Below are positions 7,390-16,803 of a stretch of DNA of 64,000 nucleotides, in pieces. The stretch is from NCBI GenBank assembly GCA_013314775.1, contig JABUFB010000003.1, positions 106,622-170,621 on the forward strand, written 5' to 3'. The notes beneath the pieces were generated by a model. It was not told the DNA's origin. It made no database searches and saw only the letters and a list, made by a program, of their open reading frames with translations. This DNA comes from Armatimonadota bacterium. GTDB taxonomy: Bacteria > Armatimonadota > Zipacnadia > Zipacnadales > JABUFB01. How positions within the stretch are numbered: the first letter of the stretch is position 1; every line of letters starts with the position of its first letter. The translations under genes were made by a program, and so were the position numbers.

Positions 7390-9966
7390 GTGTCCCGGTT
7401 CTTCATTCTCCGCACCTCGTGGCCGCTAGTTATCTTTCTCCTCGCGACGGTCGAGCCGTCGGATGCCGCCGTGTCGTGCCTCATCACCACTCAACGGCCT
7501 GCACGCACCTTCTACGTGGGCGAACGACCGGTGCTCAATGTCCATGCGGATTGCGAATCCAGGGAAGTGCCGTACGAGGTGCGCGACTATGACGGCAGTG
7601 TTGTGGCGCGCGGCACCATGAGTCTCTCAGCGGACCGGCCGGAAGTGCTCGAACTGCGGCCCATGCAATGCGGGCTGTACTCGCTCGCGCTCCAATTCGG
7701 CGATGAGACGGTGACCGATGCCTTCTGCGTGATCCCGCGGCCCGGTCTCGCGAAAGGCGATCCGGGTCTTTGGGGTTTCCAGAACTCGCCCATGGAGGAG
7801 GAGCGGTACAGGCTCATCGCCCAGATGGGCGGCCGCTACCTGCGCTTCGACATCAGCTGGCCCGACTATGAGCGCAAGAAGGGTGTGTTTGTACGCACCC
7901 GCCCTGACTGGTTCGCCGCAGCGGGCCGCAAGTTCGGCCTGCAGATGATCCCGACCCTGGGCTACACCACAAGCTGGGCTTGCCTTCCCCCGGACGACAT
8001 GAGCCCGGTGCGCACCCACACCTTCGCCCCGAAAGAACTGGATCATTGGCGCATTTACGTGGAGGCGATGCGTGACATCCTCGCGCCTCAGACGGTGAAC
8101 TGGCCCTCGCCGGAGGTGGATCAGGGGGGCGTTGAGACCCTTCCCCTGGTGCGTAGTTGGGAGATCTGGAACGAGGCCGACCAGAATTACTACTATGGGC
8201 CGTGGGCGCGTTATGTGGACCTGTTGCGCATTGCTGCCTGCGCGCTGAAGCAGAAGAATCACCACGAGAAGGTTATCTACGGCGGTTCCTGCGCGCACTG
8301 GACGGAGATGGGCCGGACATACGCCATGAACGGGCAGTATTACTTCGACCAGATCGCGTGGCATTCGAACTTCGACATACAGACCCAGACCCTCGGCTAT
8401 TACTATGGCGTGCCACAGCTTGGGTACCGGCACTGGCTGCCGTGCCGGACGGTCCAGACGGAGTGTTACCCGTCGATACCCACCGGAGTGCCTCCCGGCG
8501 AGTACGTGTTGCGTCTGTATGCGACCCTGAAAGCCTGGCGCGAGGAGGGCTACTGCTACTCGCTGATCGGGCTGCCGCTTATCGGCAAGGAAGCGCCAAC
8601 TATCCCGGCTTTCACCTATCGCAACGCGACCGGGCAAATTGTCCCGAAGGCGATGTATGTGGGCTACGCGGCGACGGTGAACTTGCTGTCCGAAGCCGCC
8701 TACATCGGACCGTTGGAACTGGGCGAGGGCGTCACCGCTTACCTGTTCGCGAGCCGGGGCCGGCCTTTCGTCGTCATGTGGTCGCCCGATGGCACGCGCA
8801 CGGCCACGGTGGATCTGGAGCCCGGTGCGGTGCGCCTGGACGGACTAGGCAGGAGTTTCAAAGCCCGTGGACGCAGTGTGACCCTCAATGTGACGGGGAA
8901 ACCGGTGGTGTTCATGGGGGTCTCGGATGAATACGTCGCCCAGGCGATCCGCGCCCGCTTCGAGCTTTACCTGACCACCGAATACGGGTATGTCTACAAC
9001 GTGGATTCGCCCTACGTGCGCGCCCTTGCCACAGACATCAAGGTGGGCACGGAGGATCAGGCGGCGCGGATGCGGGCCACGCTGGCCGCGGCGCTGGAGC
9101 GGATGGGCACCAACTTCAGGCGGGACACCGCGGCCCTGGAGCCGGTGGCGCTGGACATCCGCGCATCCATGGTGAATCTCGCGAACGCGGCGGTCATGCG
9201 GGGCTCCCCCCAGGCCAATCACTGCACCGGGCTGTACCGCCTGCAACTCATGTCCGAATGGTTTGCCGATGTCATGGATGCCCTGTGCGCTCCCGTGGAA
9301 AACGCGACACGGGTGGCCGATCCGGACCCATGGGACTCTCTTGAGCAGGCGCGGGCACAGCTGGTCAGTGACCAGTTGGGCACGATGAAAGGACTGTCCG
9401 AGGCCATCGTCGACCGCGGTTTCCGCATGGCGGAGGCTTTCCGGAGACACGGCGGGCATGGGGCCTGGCTGGCGGCCATGACGGCCCGCGAAGCTGCGCT
9501 GACCTTTGCCCCGGTCGACCCGGCGAAGGTTGTGGACGTGTTCGTGATCGCCTACTTCCCCCAGGCGCGCATGATGACCAAGGCCACACTTCTACCCGCA
9601 GGAACGACGCATACCGTGGAGTTTGAGGTACATAATTTCACGCCTCAAGCCGTGTCGGGCACGGTGCGCCTGACGGTGCCGGACACGTGGACCACGAAGG
9701 AGATCACCGCCGACTTCTCTGTGGAAGCCAACAGTCTGACACCACGCATCCCGGTACAGTTCGAGATCCCCGGGTCGGATGACCCCTGGCAACTCAAGTG
9801 GGCGTACCGTCCGGGACACCCATACTGCGTCTCGATACCTCCGCAGCTTGGGACCACGGTGATCGTGACCGCCGGGGGCACGCTGTCGGACGGGCGGGAG
9901 CTGTTGCCGACACTCCAGGAGGTGAATGTTGGTACGTGGGTTCGCGACGGGACGCCGCCGTCGTGA
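7390..9966 (+). CDS. secreted glycoside hydrolase, TIM-barrel clan GH-A-like, with C-terminal beta-sandwich region
   Basis: In frame with ORF 7204..9966; start set at GTG 7390 after RBS AAGGTGGAGG, giving a signal-peptide-like N-terminus. WEIWNEAD is an NE(P)-type acid/base motif. The ORF's first 62 codons lie in the tandem repeat. Confidence 0.6.
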   Translation: MSRFFILRTSWPLVIFLLATVEPSDAAVSCLITTQRPARTFYVGERPVLNVHADCESREVPYEVRDYDGSVVARGTMSLSADRPEVLELRPMQCGLYSLALQFGDETVTDAFCVIPRPGLAKGDPGLWGFQNSPMEEERYRLIAQMGGRYLRFDISWPDYERKKGVFVRTRPDWFAAAGRKFGLQMIPTLGYTTSWACLPPDDMSPVRTHTFAPKELDHWRIYVEAMRDILAPQTVNWPSPEVDQGGVETLPLVRSWEIWNEADQNYYYGPWARYVDLLRIAACALKQKNHHEKVIYGGSCAHWTEMGRTYAMNGQYYFDQIAWHSNFDIQTQTLGYYYGVPQLGYRHWLPCRTVQTECYPSIPTGVPPGEYVLRLYATLKAWREEGYCYSLIGLPLIGKEAPTIPAFTYRNATGQIVPKAMYVGYAATVNLLSEAAYIGPLELGEGVTAYLFASRGRPFVVMWSPDGTRTATVDLEPGAVRLDGLGRSFKARGRSVTLNVTGKPVVFMGVSDEYVAQAIRARFELYLTTEYGYVYNVDSPYVRALATDIKVGTEDQAARMRATLAAALERMGTNFRRDTAALEPVALDIRASMVNLANAAVMRGSPQANHCTGLYRLQLMSEWFADVMDALCAPVENATRVADPDPWDSLEQARAQLVSDQLGTMKGLSEAIVDRGFRMAEAFRRHGGHGAWLAAMTAREAALTFAPVDPAKVVDVFVIAYFPQARMMTKATLLPAGTTHTVEFEVHNFTPQAVSGTVRLTVPDTWTTKEITADFSVEANSLTPRIPVQFEIPGSDDPWQLKWAYRPGHPYCVSIPPQLGTTVIVTAGGTLSDGRELLPTLQEVNVGTWVRDGTPPS

Positions 9967-9994
9967 TAGCGCTCCCTGATCTTCTGAGCGGACG

Positions 9995-10310
9995 CTGGTC
10001 TCACAGCCCGCGAAGGGGCTGGAACCGTAGTCAGCGGCCGAATCGCGTCTCCTGAGCTGCCGAAGAGGGCAACAGTGATGATGAGAACACCGGGCGGTTG
10101 TGCTGCCCTTCCAGGGGCTCCCGGGTGATTATCAAGCGCCGGCGTCCGAGGGCTTCCCGCCCCCGGCTACAGGGTGTGGGCGACGACCGAGGGCAAAGGG
10201 CACGCTGATCGCGCATTCGGCCTCAGCCGGCACGTATCTCACAGGAGCGAGGGTCCTGGGGCTTCGCGCCGTCCGCTTGACCTTTGCGGACGGCGCTTCG
10301 TATAATGCCA
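9995..10310 (+). repeat. conserved promoter-proximal element, copy A
   Basis: Shares tctcacagcccgcgaag and gATGATGAGAACaCCGGGCGGTTGTG cores, plus caaagggc and agccggcacg blocks, with copies B and C. Confidence 0.6.
10277..10306 (+). promoter_or_regulatory. sigma70-like promoter TTGACC-18-TATAAT, with a palindrome across the -35 box
   Basis: -35 at 10277-10282, -10 at 10301-10306; inverted repeat ccgtccgc / gcggacgg flanks the -35. Confidence 0.5.
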
Positions 10311-10407
10311 GCGCATTCCGGCCGCAACTTGCGGCGGCGCTCGATGTCGGATTACTTGGGCTGATGGGCCCGAACCGCAGATCAGTCGTCAAAGGAGCCT
10401 CCACGCG

Positions 10408-11376
10408 ATGACGGTTGCGAGGATGGCGGCTCTGGGGCTTGCCGCGTGCACCCTGGCGCTGCTTATTGGCTGCAGCAGCAGCGATGACAATTTTCTGTAC
10501 CTGAACATCAGCGAACGCGCCGCCTGGAGCAGCGGGAACCTGCTTTGCTACGCGTCCTTCGGGGCCGATGGGCAGCGTTATCTGTACCGCAGCAACAGCG
10601 AGGGCGGCAATAAGTTCCTGCTCACCCGGTCGGCGAACAAGCCGGACAGCTTCATCGACGAAGGTGGCTGGCATCCGGCCTTCAGCCCGGACGGGGGGAC
10701 AATCGTGTTCTCCGGCCGCCGCAACAAGGGCAGTGTGTCGCTGATGCTCATGAACACTATCCAAGGCGACCGTGCGGCGATCACGAACCTCACCGACGCC
10801 ACGGTGACCGGTACCGACCAACAGCCGTCTTACAGGCCGGACGGCGCAAAGATCATCTTCTCGACCACGAAGGTGATTGGCGGGCAGGGCACCGGCGGCC
10901 CGGATATCGCGACGATCAACCCAGACGGAACCGGGCTTGAATATGTCGTGGCCACCCCCGAGATCGAGCAGTGGCCCGTGTACAGCCCGGACGGCAGCAA
11001 GATCGCCTTCCAGCGCGGCCCGGCGAGCGGACCGACGGATATCATCGTCCGCGACATGGCCACTGGCGTGGAGACCAATATCACCGCGGCGCTGCGCCGG
11101 GGCGCGGGGGATGTCTCACGCTTCGAGGCTCCCTGCTGGGCCACCGTGGGCGGGGCAGAGTATATCTACCTGCACTCCAACCGCGACACATTCTTTGAGA
11201 TCTACCGGGTGGGCGTTGACGGCAGCAATCTGGAGCGCATCACGAACACGAGCAACTCCGAGGGGTTCCCGGTCATGAAACCCGACGGAACCCGCCTGCT
11301 GTTCACTCGGGATCGCGAACTCTGGAGCAGCGCGCCCAACGGCGGAACCGAAAAGCGCGTAACCCGCCGGTACTGA
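10408..11376 (+). CDS. TolB-like (PD40 beta-propeller) lipoprotein
   Basis: ORF track. Lipobox LLIGCSS after a signal peptide; repeated SPDG motifs (FSPDGGTIVF, YRPDGAKIIF, YSPDGSKIAF, MKPDGTRLLF). Confidence 0.75.
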   Translation: MTVARMAALGLAACTLALLIGCSSSDDNFLYLNISERAAWSSGNLLCYASFGADGQRYLYRSNSEGGNKFLLTRSANKPDSFIDEGGWHPAFSPDGGTIVFSGRRNKGSVSLMLMNTIQGDRAAITNLTDATVTGTDQQPSYRPDGAKIIFSTTKVIGGQGTGGPDIATINPDGTGLEYVVATPEIEQWPVYSPDGSKIAFQRGPASGPTDIIVRDMATGVETNITAALRRGAGDVSRFEAPCWATVGGAEYIYLHSNRDTFFEIYRVGVDGSNLERITNTSNSEGFPVMKPDGTRLLFTRDRELWSSAPNGGTEKRVTRRY

Positions 11377-11536
11377 TTTTCGCGCAACTTCATTGCTCCC
11401 CCGCGAGCCCGGGGAGCTGAGTATCCTGCGGCTCCGCTCGAACTCGGGCGGAGCCGCGTTGTATTTCGAGAAGCCTGCCCGAGCTTGTGCATCCGCAATC
11501 GCCGGCCGAATCCGCCAAACATTTCCAGGGTGACGC

Positions 11537-13201
11537 ATGAGTTCATCGTCCGAACAGCCGACTAGAGGGGCCGAGAAGCCGGTTCCCGCCGGGCAAGGCC
11601 TGGCCTCCGCCGCGATCCTGATGGTGGTGCTGACTTTCGCCGCACGCATCGCCGGAATGGTGCGGATGATGGTGGTGGGCAGCGCTTTTGGCGCGGGCGG
11701 AGACATCAACTCCTTCTTCGCCGCTTTCACCATTCCCGACCTGATCTACTTCCTCATCGCCGGCGGGGCGGCGCGCACCGCCTTTGTGCCTGTGTTCACC
11801 GAATACCTGGCTCACGGACGCCGGCGCGAAGCGTGGCGGATCTTCAGCACTATCTTCTGGCTCCTGTTGATCGTGGGGGGCCTGGTGGTCATCGGCGGCT
11901 CACTCTTCGCGCCCCAGGTTGCGCGCCTGTCAGCGCTGGGTTGGCTGGGTTCGGCGCCCGAACGTGTGGATGTGTGCGCCCGTATCATGCGTATCATTTT
12001 CCCGGCCCAGCTGTTCCTGGTGCTCGGCAGCCTCCTCATGGGTACGCTCAATGCCCACAAGCACTTCCTTTGGCCGGCGCTGGGGCCGCTGGTCTATGAC
12101 GTGGTGTTCATCATCGGCGCGGTGATCGGCGGCACACTCCCGGAGAGCGAAGGGCTTGTGGTGATGGCCTGGGGATCGGTGGTAGGGGCACTACTGGGCA
12201 GTGTGGTTATCCAGATTCCGCCCCTGGCAGCACGCGGTGCGAGACTGCTGCCCGTGTTCGATCTGAAGGACGAGGGGGTGCGCAGGACGATCCGTCTTGC
12301 CCTCCCGGTGATCCTGGGCCTCGCGGTGGCTGAGATCAACTGGGTCGTGGTGCGGGTCCTGGCCACCATGTGCCAGGAGAACGCCCCGGCGGTGCTGGAG
12401 TATGCGAACCGGCTCTGGAAGTTGCCGTCGGGGGTATTCGCGGCGGGTATCGCCATTGCTGTTTTCCCCTCTCTCTCGGAGCACTACGCGCGGGGCGATC
12501 TCAAGTCCTACCGCCGCGATTTCTCCTTCGCCATGCGCAATACGCTGTTCCTGGTGCTGCCGGTGACGGTGGTCTTCGCCACGCTCTCCACCCCCATCGT
12601 CCGCATGCTCTTCCAACGTGGGAGCTTCGATCCGTCCACTTCGCCGCTTGTGGGAACCGTGGTCTTGTGGTTGAGCCCCGGGATGATCTCCCTGGGCATA
12701 TCGTACATCGCTGCTCGTGCCTTCTACGCGCGCCAGAACACAGTCACTCCCGTGGTCTGTGGGATCATCTCGATCGTGGTCTGCCTCGGCCTTGGGTATT
12801 GGGCGACCCAGACCAACGGCGTGATTGGCCTGGCCATGGCCACCTCGGCCACGGCAGTACTCAACGCGGTGCTCCTGATCTTGTTGCTGAAACGCGAAGT
12901 CGGGCAGCTTGATGGGGGCAGGATCGCGCGGTCGCTGCTGCGTATACTGCCTGGAACCGTGGGGCTCGGGCTCATCTGCTGGACGGGATCGGCGTGGCTG
13001 ACTGGGAGACTTGGTACCGAGAGCGAACTGGCGAAGCTCCTCACGGTGATGGTGCCCGTCACCGTGAGCGCGGCCTTCTATGTGGTGAGTTGCGCGCTGC
13101 TGCATGCCGAGGAACTCAAGAGCGCGTGGCGGATTATTGCGCGGAAGCGGCCGGAGGGTCTGGCGAATGAAGGGGCCGGGCAAGCCCTGGACGACCAATA
13201 G
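11537..13201 (+). CDS. murJ: lipid II flippase MurJ (MviN family)
   Basis: ORF track; 554-aa polytopic membrane protein, N-terminal region AARIAGMVRMMVVGSAFGAGGDINSFFAAFTIPDLIYFLIAGGA typical of MurJ. Confidence 0.85.
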   Translation: MSSSSEQPTRGAEKPVPAGQGLASAAILMVVLTFAARIAGMVRMMVVGSAFGAGGDINSFFAAFTIPDLIYFLIAGGAARTAFVPVFTEYLAHGRRREAWRIFSTIFWLLLIVGGLVVIGGSLFAPQVARLSALGWLGSAPERVDVCARIMRIIFPAQLFLVLGSLLMGTLNAHKHFLWPALGPLVYDVVFIIGAVIGGTLPESEGLVVMAWGSVVGALLGSVVIQIPPLAARGARLLPVFDLKDEGVRRTIRLALPVILGLAVAEINWVVVRVLATMCQENAPAVLEYANRLWKLPSGVFAAGIAIAVFPSLSEHYARGDLKSYRRDFSFAMRNTLFLVLPVTVVFATLSTPIVRMLFQRGSFDPSTSPLVGTVVLWLSPGMISLGISYIAARAFYARQNTVTPVVCGIISIVVCLGLGYWATQTNGVIGLAMATSATAVLNAVLLILLLKREVGQLDGGRIARSLLRILPGTVGLGLICWTGSAWLTGRLGTESELAKLLTVMVPVTVSAAFYVVSCALLHAEELKSAWRIIARKRPEGLANEGAGQALDDQ

Positions 13202-13280
13202 AAACAAAATCGAGGCCTGCACGCGATTGCCGGCCCCGATCCGTCCTGCTTCAGTCACCCCTGATGACGCCGCACTGCCT

Positions 13281-14192
13281 CTACCCGATCTGAATCATCC
13301 GCTCCACCGACTGCCTGGCCTTGCGCGCCACCTCCGGATCGATGGTGATCTCCTCCGTGCGGGTAACCAGCGCGCGCTTCACACTCTCCAGCGTGGTCAG
13401 CTTCATGTTCGGGCATAGCGCCGAAGAGATCTGGTGGAAGACCTTGTCCGGGTTCTCCTTCTGCAGCGGGTGCACGATCCCGAACTCGGTGACCACGATG
13501 AACTCCTGTGCTTCGCTCTTGCGGGCGTAGTTGAGCATGCCGCCGGTGGAGAGCACCACGTCTGCCAGCGCGAGGGTCTCCTCGGGGCATTCGGGGTGGG
13601 CCATGACGACCGCCTGGGGGTGGTGGCGTTTTGCGTCGGCCACCATGTCCGGCGTGATGCTTTGGTGCACAGGGCAGAAGCCCCCGTAAAGGATGATCCG
13701 CTTCTCCGGGACATGCTTCGCAACCCAGCGTCCGAGATGCTGATCAGGGACGAAGAGGATGGTCTCGGCCTCCAACGAGCGCACGACGTCCACGGCATTG
13801 GAGGACGTGCAGCAGATGTCCGATTCTGCCTTCACCTCGGCTGTGGTATTCACGTAAGCCACCACCGGCGCGCCGGGGTGTTCTGCTTTGAACTCGCGCA
13901 GGGCCACGGGGTCGATCATATCCGCCATCGGGCACCCTGCCGCTTTCTCCGGCAGCAGCACGGTCTTGTCGGGGCTGAGCAGCTTGGCTGTCTGGGCCAT
14001 GAAATGCACGCCGCAGAAGACAATGACCTGCGCGTCTGTCTTCGCCGCCTCACGGCTGAGCCCGAGAGAATCGCCGGTGAAGTCGGCGACGTCCTGCACC
14101 TCGGCCCGTTGGTAATTGTGGGCGAGGATAACGGCATGCTTCTGGGTGCAAAGCTCCCGGATTTCCCTGGAGAGCTTCTCGTAGTCGCTCAC
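13281..14192 (-). CDS. nadA: quinolinate synthase NadA
   Basis: In frame with ORF 13281..14258; start moved to GTG 14190-14192 (RBS AGGAGGGG) to avoid overlap with the upstream gene. Core AVILAHNYQ and FCGVHFMAQTAK. Confidence 0.85.
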   Translation of the reverse strand: MSDYEKLSREIRELCTQKHAVILAHNYQRAEVQDVADFTGDSLGLSREAAKTDAQVIVFCGVHFMAQTAKLLSPDKTVLLPEKAAGCPMADMIDPVALREFKAEHPGAPVVAYVNTTAEVKAESDICCTSSNAVDVVRSLEAETILFVPDQHLGRWVAKHVPEKRIILYGGFCPVHQSITPDMVADAKRHHPQAVVMAHPECPEETLALADVVLSTGGMLNYARKSEAQEFIVVTEFGIVHPLQKENPDKVFHQISSALCPNMKLTTLESVKRALVTRTEEITIDPEVARKARQSVERMIQIG

Positions 14193-14224
14193 GGTGTTTC
14201 CCCTCCTGGCTGCCGCTGGACCGG

Positions 14225-15400
14225 CTACACGAGGCCCTTGCGCTTCGCATCCGCCCACATCGGCGACATCTCCCGCAGGCGCTCCACGAATCCCGGTAAC
14301 GCGTTCAGAAGTATGTCCACCTCGGCCCGGGTGTTGTTCCGCCCCAGGCTGATGCGAAGCGAGCCGTGGGCGACCTCGTGGACGCAGCCCGTGGCCAGCA
14401 GCACATGGGACGGGTCCAGGGAGCCCGAGGTGCAGGCCGAACCGCTGGACGCGCAGATGCCGTACAGGTCCAACGACAGCAGCATCCCCTCGCCCTCAAT
14501 GTAGTTGACAACGAAACTGGCGATGTTGGGCAGGCGCTTCTCGGGGTGCCCGGTGAGCTGGCACATGGGCACCCTCTCCAGCACGCCATCGATCACTCGC
14601 CGGCAGAGTTCGGCGATGCGGGCATTGTCGCTTTCCGCGCGGCTTGCCAGGAGCTCCACGGCTTTGCCCATACCCACGATCCCCGCCACGTTCTCGGTAC
14701 CCGCGCGCCGGCCCAGTTCCTGCCCCCCGCCGTCGATAAGTTTCACGAGTCTGGTTCCCCTGCGGATGTACAGGGCCCCCACACCTTTGGGACCGTAGAT
14801 CTTGTGGGCGGACATGGCCATGAGGTCCACGTTCAGCTCGTTCACATCCAGCGGAACCTTGCCCAGTGACTGCACGGCGTCGGTGTGAAACAGGACGCCG
14901 CGGCTTTTGCAAAGTGCGCCGATCTCCGCGATGGGCTGGATCGTGCCCACCTCGTTGTTGGAGTGCATGATACTGACGAGAATCGTGTCCTCTCGTATGG
15001 CTTCCGCGACCTGTTCCGTCGCGATGAGCCCATACTTGTCGGGATTGAGCACGGTGACCTCAAATCCGTCACGCTGCAGTGCGAGGCAGGCGTCCAGCAC
15101 GGCGTGGTGCTCGATTCCGGAGGTGATAATGTGCCGGCCTTTGTCCGCATTGGCCCAAGCCGCGCCCTTGATGGCGTAGTTGTCGGATTCTGAGCCGCAG
15201 CCGGTGAAAATGACCTCGCGCGGCGTAGCGCCGATGTAACCGGCCACAGTCTCGCGCGCCTTCTCAAGCGCCACGCGCGACCGCGCTGCCAACTGGTAGA
15301 CGCTGCTGGGATTGCCGAACTCGTCCTGCAGGAACGGGAGCATGGCCCCGAGGACTTCGGGGTCGATTCTCGTGGTTGCTGCATTATCGAAATAGATCAA
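14225..15400 (-). CDS. cysteine desulfurase (NifS/IscS class, PLP-dependent)
   Basis: In frame with ORF 14225..15439; likely TTG start at 15400 after RBS GGTGAGGAG. IYFDNAATT, SAHKIYGPKGVGALY (PLP lysine), active-site SSGSACTSG. Confidence 0.85.
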   Translation of the reverse strand: MIYFDNAATTRIDPEVLGAMLPFLQDEFGNPSSVYQLAARSRVALEKARETVAGYIGATPREVIFTGCGSESDNYAIKGAAWANADKGRHIITSGIEHHAVLDACLALQRDGFEVTVLNPDKYGLIATEQVAEAIREDTILVSIMHSNNEVGTIQPIAEIGALCKSRGVLFHTDAVQSLGKVPLDVNELNVDLMAMSAHKIYGPKGVGALYIRRGTRLVKLIDGGGQELGRRAGTENVAGIVGMGKAVELLASRAESDNARIAELCRRVIDGVLERVPMCQLTGHPEKRLPNIASFVVNYIEGEGMLLSLDLYGICASSGSACTSGSLDPSHVLLATGCVHEVAHGSLRISLGRNNTRAEVDILLNALPGFVERLREMSPMWADAKRKGLV

Positions 15401-15629
15401 TCTGGTCGACTCCTCACCATCGCGCAGGTGCTGGCGCACAGACTCGGGGGCAGAACGACGCCTGCCCTTGGATAAGAAGGTTATCCTTCCTCTCTATGAG
15501 AGTCAAGCATGGCAGCGCAGGTCGCAGGTGCATGGGTAGCTGCTCGGAAGGCGGCAAGTGGCCGACCACTCTGCGGCGCCGTGGGCGGTTGCAGCGATCA
15601 AAAATGCGCAACAAAGGTTTCACAAAGTC

Positions 15630-15658
15630 TTGACCTTGATTCAATCTTGCGCTAATAT
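15630..15658 (+). promoter_or_regulatory. sigma70-like promoter TTGACC-17-TAATAT upstream of the Flp pilin gene
   Basis: -35 at 15630-15635, -10 at 15653-15658, in an AT-richer stretch. Confidence 0.45.
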
Positions 15659-15718
15659 TGAGTAGTGGGTACAGACAATGTAGGGGCAACACGAACCACT
15701 CGCTAGGGGGCGAGAAAG

Positions 15719-15925
15719 GTGCTCGGCGAATTCTGGCGTACCATCGCAGTGTTCTTCGCCGACGAGGACGGGGTGACGACCCTCGAGTATGCCATCATGG
15801 TTGCCTTGGTCGCGCTGGGTTCCGTTGGCGCATGGACCCGGTTGATCGACCTCTCCGACACCATGGGCAAAGTGGCCGACGATACAGCCGACGCTTTCCA
15901 GCGGATGGCAAATCGCTCGCCGTGA
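15719..15925 (+). CDS. Flp-family type IVb pilin precursor
   Basis: ORF track (GTG start, RBS GAGAAAGG). 68 aa; Flp-type motif DEDGVTTLEYAIMVALVALGSVGAW. Confidence 0.6.
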   Translation: MLGEFWRTIAVFFADEDGVTTLEYAIMVALVALGSVGAWTRLIDLSDTMGKVADDTADAFQRMANRSP

Positions 15926-16045
15926 CCCGGCCACTGAGCGAGAGGCAGGTCTGGCCTTCAAAGGTTCCGCGAGGGCGTGACTGTCTTCATTGGCTCTCTC
16001 GTGGCGGTTGTTTTCATGCACGACCGCGGTTCGAGGATGGCCAGG

Positions 16046-16330
16046 CTACCCGCAGTCGCAGGGCGTCTTCCCGCATTTCGGGCATCCGCCACCGTAACGC
16101 TGTGCTGATGCCTGCTCCAAGTCTATCCCCTTCACGTTCGCCAGGGTCGTGAGCCACGCAAGCACATCGGCGAACTCTTCCGCCTGCTGTTCAGGAGTGC
16201 CTCTGCGCAGGGCTCTGGAAAGCTCTCCCACTTCCTCGACCAACCACATGAAGTTGCCGTCGATCCCACGGGCGCTGTCCTTCTCGAAGTAGATGTCCCG
16301 GATCAGGCTCTGGTAATGGCGTATGGTCAT
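16046..16330 (-). CDS. small MazG-like nucleotide pyrophosphohydrolase with C-terminal Cys cluster
   Basis: In frame with ORF 16046..16636; start set at ATG 16328-16330. 94 aa; EEVGELSRAL-type motif; ends GGGCPKCGKTPCDCG. Confidence 0.5.
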   Translation of the reverse strand: MTIRHYQSLIRDIYFEKDSARGIDGNFMWLVEEVGELSRALRRGTPEQQAEEFADVLAWLTTLANVKGIDLEQASAQRYGGGCPKCGKTPCDCG

Positions 16331-16580
16331 CAGTCTATCTCCACAATGACGGGCTGATTGGCGCTCATCGGATGAAGAGTACCACGTCTTTTCGGCTCGA
16401 GCCAGTCCCCCGGGGTTTCGCGGAAGCCGGGCTTGGATTGGACGGGCGAAAGGCTGGGCGACCTCGCGGGTGCTGGGATACCAGGCACTCGCGGTCCTCA
16501 GGTCCTCGGCATACCGGGAGTGCGGGAGCTTGTCGATTTCCCGCCTTCGCAAGTGGCTCTCCGCTGTCTCTGCATTGGCT

Positions 16581-16609
16581 TTGTCAGACGAGATGCAGCA
16601 TGGTATAAT
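16581..16609 (+). promoter_or_regulatory. near-consensus sigma70 promoter TTGTCA-17-TATAAT for the thi4 leader
   Basis: -35 at 16581-16586, -10 at 16604-16609, ~10 nt upstream of the riboswitch aptamer. Confidence 0.6.
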
Positions 16610-16617
16610 CGTCCAAG

Positions 16618-16710
16618 CGTCGCTAGGGGAGCCCACCCGGGCTGAGATAGCGGAGACCCCGCTGACCCTGGGAACCTGATCCGGTTAGTACCGGCGTAGG
16701 GAAGCGACAG
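16618..16710 (+). promoter_or_regulatory. TPP (THI-box) riboswitch
   Basis: Conserved THI-element blocks in order: GGGGAGCCC...GCTGAGA...ACCC...TGACCCTGGGAACCTGATCCGGTTAGTACCGGCGTAGGGAAG; followed by a GC-rich hairpin (ggcggccc / gggccgcc) and RBS AAAGGAG before thi4. Confidence 0.85.
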
Positions 16711-16803
16711 ACGAGCGCCTGATATGGGTCGCCGGCTGCATGCTTCCTCAAGATGCCGGCGGCCCTTTATTTTGGGGCCGCCGCACCGAAAGGAGCGGTC
16801 TCG

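Noticed and set aside
12191-13258. 355-aa minus-strand ORF inside murJ
   Set aside because: Antisense shadow of murJ.
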